This document shows positions 53,603-64,000 of a stretch of 64,000 nt of DNA, in pieces. This DNA is from Dictyostelium discoideum. Its lineage: Eukaryota. Location: positions 3,456,001 to 3,520,000 of the forward strand of contig CM000152.2 in assembly GCA_000004695.1 (NCBI GenBank). Reading direction: 5' to 3'. Both the position numbers and the translations under genes were made by a program. Position 1 is the first letter of the stretch. Each line of letters opens with the position of its first letter. The notes under the pieces were generated by a model, which was not told where the DNA came from, did not search any database, and saw nothing but the letters and a program-made list of their open reading frames with translations.

Positions 53603-54892
53603 TTGAATATATAAAATATTAATAAATAATTTAAAATAAATAAAATTAAAATTGATAGATGTGTTGTTTAAAGTTTTGGAGGGTTCTAAATATTAGTATA
53701 TCTATTTCCTTAAATGATTTAAATAGTATAATTTAAAACCTAAAGTTTTACACAAATATATTAATTAATATTAGTCTTTTGAAAAATATAAAGGAAAAAA
53801 AAAAAATTAAAAGAAAAACAAATAATGAAATAAAAAAATGAAAAAAAAAAAAAATAATAATAATAAATAATAAAAAAAACTATATATATTCAAATTATAA
53901 TGATACTGTTAAATGGAAAATTATTTATGTTGTGAATGATATTGTAAAATGGTTAACAAAAGAATAGATTTAATGTGATGTGGTAAAGCAGTTAATTTTT
54001 TTTTTTTTTTTTTTTTTTTTATAAATAAATTATTAAGTGGTGCATAAATAATTTGTGTGTAAATATGTGTGAGGGTGGGTAGGTTTGTTTATTGTGTTTT
54101 TCTTTTTTTCTATTATTATTTTTTTTACATTTCAAAATGTGTGTATTTTTTTTTTTTTTTTTTTGATTTTGTTTTTTCAACTTTCTAATCATGAATTGTA
54201 ATTATTGTTAAAAATTTTCCATTTTGAATATTTAAATACAATGTTCTGATATTCTAATAATAGACTATTGTTATAATCAATTTATAATAATTTCAGATAA
54301 TTACTTGTTATTCAATTAAAATCATCACTGCTAGTTGTATGTCAATTATCTCTTTTTTTTTTTTTTTTGTTTTTCTTTTCAATCCATTGAAAAAAAGTCG
54401 AAATATATATGATGCGAGTAGATTTACAAAGTTGTGGTGTTATCAGTTATTTCTAACTTTTTTTTTTTTTTTTTTTTTTTTTTGTGGATTTATAAAATTA
54501 CCTACTTTTTAAATTACTATTCAAAATCAAATCAAAAAAAAAAAAATATATAAAAAAAAAAAAATTCTAAATATGTTTAGAAAAATAAATAAAAATAAAA
54601 ATAAAAATAAATAAAAAACAGGTTTTTTTTTACAACGCAATAAATTTTTTTCTTTTTTTTTTTTTTTTATTTTTTTTTTTTTGTCAATCAAAAATTTTCA
54701 AATAAAATTTTCCATAAGTTTGGGTTTTTTTTTTTTTTTTTATTTAAAATAATCAAAATGATATCAAACACTGGTTCGGTGGACTAAAAAAAGCAAAGTA
54801 AAAAAAATAAAAAAAATAAAAATAAAAATTAAAATTAAAATGAAAATAAAAATAAAAATAGATTAAATAAAAGATATTATTTTTTTAAGATA

Positions 54893-54938
<46 letters not shown>

Positions 54939-54966
54939 TTTAATTATTTATTTTTTTTTTTTTTTT

Positions 54967-56376
54967 TTACATTTTCTTTAATCTTTCAAGTGAAGCATTT
55001 AATAAACCAATAAATGGTGGAGATGGTCTTTGTGGTCTTGATTTAAATTCTGGATGGAATTGGCAAGCTACATAATAATCATGATCTTTGAGTTCAACGA
55101 TTTCCATTCTAACGCCAGTAGTATCTTTACCTACAAAGTGAAGACCTTTAGCATGAATTTCATCTACGACTTCTGGATTAACTTCATAACGATGACGATG
55201 ACGTTCTTCAACGGCTTGACCAACTTTATCGACATTATAAAGTTTTGAGATTTTATTGTCAACATCGGTGAAGATGGTATCACGTGAGCCCAATCTCATT
55301 GTACCACCCATATGAGTTTTACTAACTTCTGGCATGAAAACAACGACATTCTTACCGGAACCACTAGCAGAGAATTCTTCAGAGTTTGCGTTCTCCCAAC
55401 CCATAACGTTACGAGCGTATTCGATGACAGCAATTTGCAAACCTAAACAAATTCCAAGGAATGGTTTACCAGAGGTACGAGCATAATTTGCGGTTAAAAT
55501 CATACCTTCGATACCACGATCACCAAAACCACCTGGAACCAAAATACCATGAGCACCACGTAACATTTCCCATGATTTTTTATATTCTGCAGTGGATGAG
55601 TTTTGAGTTTCTAAATTTGAAGCTTCAACCCAATCGATTACCATCTTTCTTTCAATTGCCATTGAAGCATGATCCAATGCTTTGATTACAGAGAGGTAGG
55701 CATCTGTGAGACCAGTGTATTTGCCAACCATTGCAATACGAATTGGGTTAAGACTTTCATTGGTGATTTTGTCCATACGGTCAGCTAAACCCTTCCAAGA
55801 GGCCATCCAATATGGAGTTGATTCACTTGGTGAGGTTTTACTTAAATCAACCTTTGGATTCAATTGTAAACGTCTAAGTACGAGATTTGGTAAATTTTGT
55901 TGATTGAGTAATATTGGAACACGATAAATGTTTGAAACATCATGAACACCAATGACATTATCTGGTGCAACATGACAAAATAATGAAATCTTCTTTTTGG
56001 TTTCTTCAGTCAATGGTTGAGTACTACGACATAAACAAAAATCTGGACTTAAACCCAATGAACGTAATTCACGAATTGATTGTTGTGATGGTTTGGTCTT
56101 TTGTTCACCAACTACACCCAAAACTGGAACTAATGAAACATGCATTAAACAAAAGTTTTCAACACCAACACGAAATTGAAATTGACGTAATGCTTCTGTG
56201 AATGGCATTGATTCAATATCACCAACTGTACCTCCTAATTCAATAACACATACATCTGGTGTACCTTTATCACCATCAACTGGTAAATGTGCAACTCTTT
56301 CAATCCAATTTTGAATTTCTTCTGTAATATGTGGTACAACTTGAACTGTTTTACCTAAATATTGACCTTTTCTTTC
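54967..56376 (-). CDS. ctps: CTP synthase, exon 3 (rest of the synthetase domain and the glutamine amidotransferase domain with GICLGLQ catalytic Cys motif)
   Basis: ERKGQYLGKTVQVVPHITEE...; GICLGLQIAV (GATase catalytic Cys); HPEF near the C-terminus. Acceptor ttttag (minus) at 56377-56378. ORF 54967..56208 is the 3' part. Total about 565 aa. Confidence 0.9.
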   Translation of the reverse strand, partial: ERKGQYLGKTVQVVPHITEEIQNWIERVAHLPVDGDKGTPDVCVIELGGTVGDIESMPFTEALRQFQFRVGVENFCLMHVSLVPVLGVVGEQKTKPSQQSIRELRSLGLSPDFCLCRSTQPLTEETKKKISLFCHVAPDNVIGVHDVSNIYRVPILLNQQNLPNLVLRRLQLNPKVDLSKTSPSESTPYWMASWKGLADRMDKITNESLNPIRIAMVGKYTGLTDAYLSVIKALDHASMAIERKMVIDWVEASNLETQNSSTAEYKKSWEMLRGAHGILVPGGFGDRGIEGMILTANYARTSGKPFLGICLGLQIAVIEYARNVMGWENANSEEFSASGSGKNVVVFMPEVSKTHMGGTMRLGSRDTIFTDVDNKISKLYNVDKVGQAVEERHRHRYEVNPEVVDEIHAKGLHFVGKDTTGVRMEIVELKDHDYYVACQFHPEFKSRPQRPSPPFIGLLNASLERLKKM

Positions 56377-56387
56377 CTAAAAAATTT

Positions 56388-56442
<55 letters not shown>

Positions 56443-56515
56443 ATTATTAATATTAATATTTTATAATGTAAATTCAAATAGTAATAATAATAGTAAAAAT
56501 AATAATTATACAAAC

Positions 56516-56663
56516 TTTTTCAATAACTAAATTATAAATTTTACCAGTAGTAATATTATTATCTTTACCTAAATTTACATCTAAAAATCTTTCATAATTT
56601 CCAAGATCTAAATCTACTTCACCACCATCATCTAATACAAATACTTCACCATGTTCGAATGGA
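56516..56663 (-). CDS. ctps: CTP synthase, exon 2
   Basis: [50 protein letters not shown] matches the conserved Pyr[29 protein letters not shown] block. Acceptor and GTTTGT donor are phase-consistent. Confidence 0.85.
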
Positions 56664-56765
56664 CTAAATATTTTTTAAAATTAAAAAAAAAAAAAAAAAG
56701 TTAATAATTTTATTTTCTATTTTTAACTTTTTTTTTAAATAATTATTTATTTATTTATTCCTTAC

Positions 56766-56905
56766 CTCATGGTACCAGCATCAATATTTAAATATGGATC
56801 AATTTTAATTGAGGTAACACGTAATCCCATTGATTTGAGGATCATTGCTGTACTACTGGCAATAATACCTTTACCAATACCACTTAAAACACCACCTGTA
56901 ACAAC
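56766..56905 (-). CDS. ctps: CTP synthase, exon 1
   Basis: [50 protein letters not shown] is the near-universal CTP synthase N-terminus ([42 protein letters not shown]). The real ATG is at 56903-56905; track ORF 56762..57007 over-extends. GTAAGG donor at 56764-56765 (minus). Confidence 0.9.
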
Positions 56906-57083
56906 AATATATTTCATTTTATTATTTTTATTTTTATAAATATTTTTATTGGATATTTTAAATAGTAAGCCTGAAGAAAGATATAATAAAGTATATAAAT
57001 GCTCCAAACTGCCAACCTGTTGGAAAGAAGAAGGAAAGAAAAAAATGACAAAAAAAAAAATTAAATTTTAAAAAACCTCGTTT

Positions 57084-57119
<36 letters not shown>

Positions 57120-57679
57120 TTAAAAATAAAATAATTGAAAATTAATTAAACCGAAAAACACAAACTCCGTGAAAAAAAAAATACGAAATCAAATAACCAA
57201 ATAATTTTATTTTCGGTTTTTTTTATTTTTATTTTTTTTAAACATTTTATTTTTTGGATATTATTTTTTTTTTATACATTTTTTATTTGTTAATAATGGT
57301 TTTTCATTTTATTTTTTTTTTTTAGAAAAAATAATTAATTTTTAATTTTTATTTTTGTCCAAATATTAAAAAAAAAAAAAAAAAAAAAATTTACCACACA
57401 TTACTATTAATATTTTTTTTATTTTTTTTATTATTATTTTTTTTTTTATATTTATTATTTATGATTTATCTCTTTTATAAAATGAAATATTCACTCATGT
57501 GATATTTTTTTTTGATTATGGAATTTCGAAAATTAGTCGACTGTGAAAAAAAAAAAAAGAAAATAAAAAAATAAAAAAAAAAAAAATAAAAAAAAAAAAA
57601 AAAAAAATGAATTTTTGTTTTTTTTTTTTTTCATTTCATTTTTTTTTAATATTTTCAAATCAATACATATAAATTTAAA

Positions 57680-57697
57680 ATGGGTCAAGCAAGCAAA
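57680..57697 (+). CDS. Exon 1 (MGQASK) of cytochrome b-c1 complex subunit 8 (QCR8/UQCRQ) homologue
   Basis: ATG 57680; GTATGA donor at 57698. Absent from the ORF track because the exons are short. Confidence 0.7.
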
Positions 57698-57806
57698 GTA
57701 TGATTTTATCAAATTAATCAAGAATTATAAAAGAAAGGAGAATAGAAAAATTAATTTTTTTTTTTTTTTTATTTTTTTTTTATTTTATTGATTATAATTA
57801 TTTTAG

Positions 57807-58010
57807 GTCTTTGGTAAACAAATTACATACTCAGTTTCACCATTCCAACAAAAACTTTTTGTAAACTATTTCAAAAATGCCATCCCACATTTAAGACGTG
57901 GTGTTAAAGATAACTTCTTCTGTTCAGTTCCATATTTCGCTGCTTTATATATCACTGTTAACTGGGCTAATGAAACCTACCACAACGAAATGAAAGACCA
58001 CTGGTATTAA
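57807..58010 (+). CDS. Exon 2 of QCR8/UQCRQ (ubiquinol-cytochrome c reductase 9.5-kDa subunit) homologue
   Basis: Acceptor ttattttag at 57805-57806. VFGKQITYSVSPFQQKLFVNYFKNAIPHLRRGVKDNFFCSVPYFAALYITVNWANETYHNEMKDHWY aligns with UQCRQ (ISYSLSPFEQRAFP..F.KGIPN.LRR......V.PPF..FYLVYTWG..E.E). Stop 58008-58010. Confidence 0.75.
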   Translation, partial: VFGKQITYSVSPFQQKLFVNYFKNAIPHLRRGVKDNFFCSVPYFAALYITVNWANETYHNEMKDHWY

Positions 58011-58429
58011 GTAATTTCAAAATAATAATAATAATAATAATAACAAATAAGTAATTTAATATAATATAAAAAAAAAAAAAAAATAAAAAACAAAGTCAGT
58101 AATATAATAAGGTATATATATGTATATATATATTTTTTTTTTTTTAAAATCTTAGATATTTTATATTTTTATATAAGTAATAAATAAAAAAAAAAAAAAA
58201 ATGCTTTTTATTTTTATTTTTTTTTGAACTTAATAGAAAATATATATTGTTTAGTTTTTATAGATAAGCAAGTTTAAAAAAAAATAGCAACAGAAAACAG
58301 CAGATAGAGATATTTTCATTTTTTTTTTAGTGTGGTTTTTTTTTTTTTTTTTGTTTGTGTTGTTTATTTATTTTTTTTATTATTTTTTATTTTTTTTTAA
58401 AACTGTTTGAAATGTAATATTTTTAAAAA

Positions 58430-59400
58430 ATGAATAGAAATAGTTGGTTTTGTTGCTTAATATTATTGATTATTATTTATTTGTTATCACAGATAATTAT
58501 TAATAAAATATCAAATACATTCGCTATCAAACAGCCAAAATTAAATAATATTACAGTTAATTACAATTTTAAAAATAATATTGAAATAGTGGATTTAATA
58601 TTTATTCAATATTATAATCCATTGGAAAAAGAATATATAAAAATAATAAATAACAACCATTCAGTACTTAATTATTTCACTTCAAATTTAATAAATTCAC
58701 ATAAATCATATAAAAACTTCAAAATAATTAATTTTTTAAATAATAATAATAATAATAATAAATCACCAATTTTAAAATATAATATTGAAAATAATAATAA
58801 TAATAATAATAAAATATTTAAAGATATTAGTTTTAGTAATAATAAAAATATATTTGATAAATTAATTAGTAATCATTTAATTTTAGAAATAACAAGTTTA
58901 AATGATTTAATAGATTTATTTGATTTTATAGAATTTATAGAAGGAAAAATTAAAAATAGCATAACAATATTTGGATTTTGTTTTTTAAGAGAAAATTTGG
59001 AAGAGAATATAGATAATTTCTTATCATCTCATAGAGTTTGGTCAATAAAATTTAATTATTCCTTTAATTGTAAATTAAATAATTATGAAAAATCATTTGA
59101 ATATGGTCAACTCATTCAATTAATAAAAGTTTCAGAATCATTTGATACTTTTAAATTTTATAATTATTTAGATAAATTACAATTTTATAATAATAATAAT
59201 GGTGGTAATAAAAATAATTATAATAATAAAATATTAATTCACTCATTAAGACCATTTGGTATGATAAGTAGTTTACACTTTTTAGGATACTCTTTAACAC
59301 TTTCTTTAGAATGGAATAGGACATTAATAATTGATGATAGTAAATTCTTATTTTCAAATAAATTTACAGATTTATTTCTACCAATTACAGCAAAAACAAA
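58430..59400 (+). CDS. Exon 1 of type-II membrane protein, putative fucosyltransferase-superfamily glycosyltransferase
   Basis: N-terminal signal anchor WFCCLILLIIIYLLSQIII; poly-N stem; GTAAGT donor at 59401. Confidence 0.6.
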
Positions 59401-59496
59401 GTAAGTAATTTTTTATTTTTTATTTTTTTCTTTAAAAAAAATATGTATTAATTTTTAAAAAATTATTATTATTATTATTAAAATTACCACAATAAG

Positions 59497-60337
59497 ATTT
59501 GAAAATTTTAATAATGTTGAAGAAAAGTCTGCACAAATTATTAATTTTTTAAAAAGTGAAAAGGAATATAATCATTCAAATCCAATATCGATAATAACAA
59601 ATGATTATCATGTTTATGTAGATTTTAAAAGTTGTAATGAATTTCCAAAACAATGGTTTCAAGGTGGTGATTTGTATTGTTTTAAATCTCATATTATGAA
59701 TTATATAATTAGACCAAATTATAAAATTAGAAAAATTATTGAATTACATAAATTAAATTTATTTCATAATGATAAAAATAATTATAATATTAATAATGAT
59801 GAATTAAATTGTTTAGCAATTCATATAAGGAATGGTGATAAAGTAATTGAAAATTCAATGAAAAATAAAAGTATAGTTTTAAATTATTTTCAAGATTATT
59901 TGGATTTTATTGTAAATGATAAGTATTTAAATAATGGTAGAAATTTTATTAAAAATATATTTGTAATGAGTGATAATCAAACTATATTTAATATTGATTT
60001 ACCAAATGCTCAGATTAGATATCCACAATTTAAATTTCATTATTTAAAAGATATAATCAGAGATGATAATACAACAAATTTTATAAAGTATTTAAATGAT
60101 GATAACTATGATACAAATTTAAAAACATTAAAAAATAGACCAAATTCAAATATTGGTAATGGTTTATTATCAGAGATAATAATAGCATCAGAATGTCAAT
60201 ATTTTATAGGTTCTCAAACTTCAAATGTTGCTAGACTAATAGTTGAATTAATGAATGCAAATAGAAAATCAAATCCATCTTTAAAAATAAAATTATATAA
60301 AACACTAGATAATTCATCATGGTTCGCTGATCCTTAA
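59497..60337 (+). CDS. Exon 2 of putative fucosyltransferase-like glycosyltransferase
   Basis: Acceptor caataag at 59495-59496. LAIHIRNGDKV resembles motif I (HxRRxD) of GT23/GT65/GT68 fucosyltransferases. FIGSQTSNVARL resembles their C-terminal Ser-rich motif III. Family assignment is tentative. Confidence 0.55.
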
Positions 60338-60875
60338 GGATTAAAAAATAAGAATAAAAATAAAAAAATAAAAAATAAATAAAAAATTTAAACTTTTAGA
60401 TATTATTTTTTTGATTATCAAGACTTTTGTTTTTTTTTTTTTTTTTTTATTTTTTTTTCTTGGGAATTCAGGTAAAAAAAAAAAAGTTGCACTGATTGTA
60501 ATTCAACCAAGATATTTTTTTTTTTTTTTTTCCAACTAATGAAAAAAAAAAAAAAAAAAAATGGCTTGTAAAATAAAGAAAAAATAAAATTATTTTTAGA
60601 ATTTTAAAAATTATGATAATAAAAACTAATCAACAATTTTAATTTAAAAAAAAATAAAAGTTAATGGAAAATTATTTTTTTAGTGAAGACAATAACAATT
60701 TGATCCTTATTTCTTAAGAACTTTTTATCTTTCTTTTTTAACAAAAAGAAAAGAAAAAAAAAAAAAAAAAAATTTACTTAACAATAAAAATATTTAAAAT
60801 TTTAAGTTTTTCTATTTTTAATTCTAAAAAAAAAAAAAAAAAATAAAAAATAAAATAAAATAAATATTTATAAAA

Positions 60876-60977
60876 ATGGATTCAGTTAAAATTAAATGTA
60901 AAGAAAGTTTTTCATCATTTGGTTCATTTCCCAAAGATTATCCTGTTCAACTTCAAAGAAATCTATCTCCCACAGAG
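60876..60977 (+). CDS. Exon 1 of small two-TM membrane protein
   Basis: ATG 60876 (MDSVKIKCKESF...NLSPTE); GTATAT donor at 60978. Confidence 0.5.
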
Positions 60978-60990
60978 GTATATATATAAA

Positions 60991-61022
<32 letters not shown>

Positions 61023-61096
61023 TTATTGTACAATTACTAATTTTTATTTTTATTTATTTTTTATTTTTTTATTTTTTTTTTGGTTTATAAAATTAG

Positions 61097-61759
61097 TTTG
61101 AAAGTATTATTAATAGAATTAATAATTCATGTAAATCATCATTTAATAAAGGATATTTATTATTTTTTTTAGGACCAATTGCTGGAATTGCTTTAATTAT
61201 AGTTGGTATTATTAGATGGAGAAAAATGGTCTCCGAATTTAAAGAGAAGTTTGATCATTTCGATTTTAGTGTTGGTGAACCAATTATGGATGTTACTAAT
61301 AGAGACTCATACAAACCAGACATGCCATTATTTTATTTTGTAATTGGTATTGCATTATTCTTGATTGGTAGTATTTTATTTTGCTGTTTATATTTCTTAT
61401 TTAAAAGAAAGGTGTTGGCTAAAATTGATGAAACATTAATTCCATTGAATTCAATGTATTCTCAAAGAATGATAACATTTAGTTTAAAAGATGAAAATGA
61501 AAGAAAATATATCCCAGATTATGAATATCGTATAAATAGTAATAATCGAGCGTATATGAGTAATGTTAAATTTGATAAAGATGGGAATCCATATAAAGAA
61601 ATTGAAGTTCACTACTTGTATATTACTTTCCCCCTAAATCCAATTACTACTCAAAACTATCCAACTTTTCAACCTCCAATGTATTCCATTACTCCAGGTG
61701 TTCAACCTATTAATCATCAAGAAAACCAAATTGTTGAAATGGAAGTTATTAATAATTGA
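61097..61759 (+). CDS. Exon 2 of small two-TM membrane protein (about 255 aa total), unknown function
   Basis: Acceptor aaaattag at 61095-61096. Two hydrophobic helices (LLFFLGPIAGIALIIVGII; PLFYFVIGIALFLIGSILFCCLYFLF). ORF 61226..61759. Confidence 0.6.
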   Translation, partial: FESIINRINNSCKSSFNKGYLLFFLGPIAGIALIIVGIIRWRKMVSEFKEKFDHFDFSVGEPIMDVTNRDSYKPDMPLFYFVIGIALFLIGSILFCCLYFLFKRKVLAKIDETLIPLNSMYSQRMITFSLKDENERKYIPDYEYRINSNNRAYMSNVKFDKDGNPYKEIEVHYLYITFPLNPITTQNYPTFQPPMYSITPGVQPINHQENQIVEMEVINN

Positions 61760-61765
61760 AAATAG

Positions 61766-61804
<39 letters not shown>

Positions 61805-63034
61805 ATAACTAATAAAATTTATTTATTTATTTTTTTTTTTTTTAATTTTTATTATTTTTTTTTTTTTAATTTTTATTATTTTTTTTTTTTAAATTAATAA
61901 TCTAAAAATAATGCCTTCAAGAAGGCTAACCTTCAAGAATAAGATATTTTAAAAAAAAAAAAAAAAAATTCGAATTTTTAAACAGAACATTCTGCTTTTT
62001 TTTTTAAAATTTTTTTTTTAATTTTTTTTATTTTTTTTTTAATTTTTTTTTTTCAATTTTTTTTTTGTTTTGATTCTTTTTAGGAAAATTTCATCGATAT
62101 GACACATTTGTTTAATGTTCTATCCCATTCCAATAAATTATTGTAAAAAATGAAATTTAATTAAAGTATCAGAACCAATTTAATAATAAAATACCAATTT
62201 GAAAGGGTAGAACAGAAGATGTAAAGGGGGAATAAGAAATTAGAATAATATTAAAAATAATAATCACTATGGTTAAGAATAAAATTTAACTGGTAGTAAA
62301 AAAAAAATACAAAGAAAAAAAAAAAAAAAAAAAAAAAAACCTTCTGGAAATTTTTTACTATAATTAAATATATTATTATTATTATTGTTTTAAAAATTTT
62401 TTTTATTCTGAAATCTCAAAAAGATCTGTGTGAATTTATTAAATTTTAGGAAGTAATAATAATAATAATAATATTGAAAAGTTGTTGATTCTATATTCTT
62501 TATCATGAGACATATTGATTTTTTTTTTTAATATGGAAATCGAATACTGTTTAAATAAAATTTTAATTACTACCAATAGTAATTTGTGTATTCCAAAGGG
62601 AAATTAAAAATAAAAAAAAAATAAATATAAAAAATAAAAAATAAATTAGGCATTTTACTAATTATTAATAATAATATTCAAATAAAGATATTAAAATTAT
62701 TTTAAAATTATATACAAATAAAAAAAACAAAAAAAATAATAATAAAAAAATTCTCAAATAAATAAAATAAAAATATAAATAAATAAAATAAAAAAAGATA
62801 TAAATCAAAAAAAAAAAAAATAATTCCTTTATTTTTTGAAAATTTTGGCGAGCTATATTTTAGAACACCTTCTTCGAGTTCTTTTTAATTTTTATTTTTT
62901 TTATTTTTTTTAAAAAAAGAAATTTGAGTTTTTTTTTTTTTTTTTTTTATTTTTTTTTATTTTTTATTTTTTTTTTTTTTTTCATTTTTCCATTATTTTT
63001 TGATACACATAATTTTCACATATTTTTTAAACCA

Positions 63035-63075
<41 letters not shown>

Positions 63076-63503
63076 ACACACGATAACCACACACACACAA
63101 CAACAACAACAAATAATTTTTTTTTAAAAAAAAAAAGAAATCTTGGTGTAAAGGAAAACATTAAAAAAACTAAACAATAATAATAATTATAAAAATAAAA
63201 AAAATAAAATTTTAATTTACAAAATAAAATTTTTATAAAATTTTAAAAAAAAATATAAAAAATATAAAAAAAAAAAAAAAAAAAAAAAATTTAAAATTTT
63301 TTTTTAAATAATATACTTAATAAATGATTTATTGGCAAAGTTAAAATAATAATAATTATAGTAATTTAAAAAAATAAAAAAAAACAAAAAAAAAAAAAAC
63401 CCAAACAATTTTTTTTTTTATTTTTTTTATTTTTTTTAATAAATAACACAAACAACAAAACAACAAAATAATAATATACATAAGAAAAGAATAAACAAAA
63501 AAA

Positions 63504-64000
63504 ATGAATCCATTTTGTTATACTAGTAAAGGTAGTGGTGGTGTAGTACCAAGTTTTTTATTTGATTTTACAAAACAACAACAACAGCAACAACAACAAT
63601 CATTAACTCAAACCAATAATAATAATAACAATAATAATAATAATATAAATAATATTAATAATAATAATAACAACAGTAATAACTATTCAAATCATAATAA
63701 TAATACAATTCCAATGGTAAATAACGATAATAATATAATAGGATTCGGTAATTCAGTTTTAACAGATACATTTTTAGATAATAATAAAAGGTATCAAAAA
63801 AGGTTAGAACAAAAACAATATAAACAATTACAATTAAATGATTTACCAAAGTATCTATTAGTAGAGATATTGAAACATTTGAATGATGAATATAGTAGTT
63901 GTTCAGGTGTAGCCAATACAAAACCACAAAATCCATTCTTTCACAATAATTGTTATAGCGATCAAATGACAAATGGTAAGGATGGTCAAGATAAAAAACA
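63504..64000 (+). CDS. 5' part of a gene running off the window: poly-Q/poly-N N-terminus followed by an F-box-like motif (LNDLPKYLLVEILKHLND)
   Basis: ATG at 63504. I read the frame as open to the window end. LPxxLLxEILxxL matches the F-box core. Confidence 0.55.
   Translation, partial: MNPFCYTSKGSGGVVPSFLFDFTKQQQQQQQQSLTQTNNNNNNNNNNINNINNNNNNSNNYSNHNNNTIPMVNNDNNIIGFGNSVLTDTFLDNNKRYQKRLEQKQYKQLQLNDLPKYLLVEILKHLNDEYSSCSGVANTKPQNPFFHNNCYSDQMTNGKDGQDKK

Noticed and set aside
55054-56201. Plus-strand ORFs 55054..55248, 55461..55685, 55706..55903, 55965..56201
   Set aside because: Antisense to the CTP synthase exon 3, whose sense frame shows strong conservation.

Overview
This window is eukaryotic nuclear DNA of social-amoeba (Dictyostelium discoideum-like) type. 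It is extremely AT-rich with long A/T homopolymers, (CAA)n/(TTG)n tracts encoding poly-Q, (AAT)n/(ATT)n tracts encoding poly-N, and many short AT-rich introns with GTAAGT/GTATGT donors and poly-pyrimidine+AG acceptors. There are no prokaryotic signatures. CRISPR arrays, rRNA and credible tRNA genes are absent. The supplied ORF track appears to use alternative start codons and translates through homopolymers, so many of its N-termini (poly-F/poly-K) are artefacts, and it misses short exons. By splicing ORFs together by hand I can support about 25 protein-coding genes on both strands.

- 19-1138 (-): ubiquitin-like + vWA protein, two exons
- 1915-3485 (+): TMEM144-like multi-TM protein, three exons
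- 3592-4950 (-): peptidyl-tRNA hydrolase
- 5452-8060 (+): CstF-64 orthologue, three exons
- 8216-10870 (-): large poly-N hypothetical protein
- 11320-15121 (+): LRR/EGF-like/TM surface protein, eight exons
- 15532-18408 (-): RING/B-box/coiled-coil/Kelch (TRIM-like) protein
- 21222-23301 (-): fragmented paralogue of the 8.2-10.9 kb gene, lying inside a tandemly duplicated block
- 25319-26516 (+): CBS-pair protein, two exons
- 27317-28404 (+): VKOR-thioredoxin fusion, two exons
- 28694-33068 (-) and 44769-49118 (-): two tandem ABCC/MRP transporter paralogues, same orientation, three exons each, sharing long identical tracts
- 34523-35494 (+) and 35760-39125 (+): an acidic repeat protein and a 1121-aa poly-N hypothetical protein
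- 40721-42209 (+): MAPK-derived probable pseudokinase
- 43719-44485 (+): kinase C-lobe-only protein
- 49318-49698 (-): small hydrophilic protein, two exons
- 50773-53429 (-): calponin-homology protein with an ER/K-rich single-helix region
- 54967-56905 (-): CTP synthase, three exons
- 57680-58010 (+): cytochrome bc1 subunit 8, two exons, absent from the ORF track
- 58430-60337 (+): type-II membrane fucosyltransferase-like protein
- 60876-61759 (+): small 2-TM protein
- 63504-64000 (+): 5' part of an F-box-like gene running off the window

A 100-N assembly gap lies at 24836-24935. I see no self-contained novel 'system' of the kind found in prokaryotic accessory regions. The most unusual loci are the mosaic ABCC duplicates, the tandemly duplicated intergenic block carrying a decaying gene-family member, the pseudokinase pair, and several repeat-built proteins. 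Hand-counted exon boundaries may be off by 1-2 nt.
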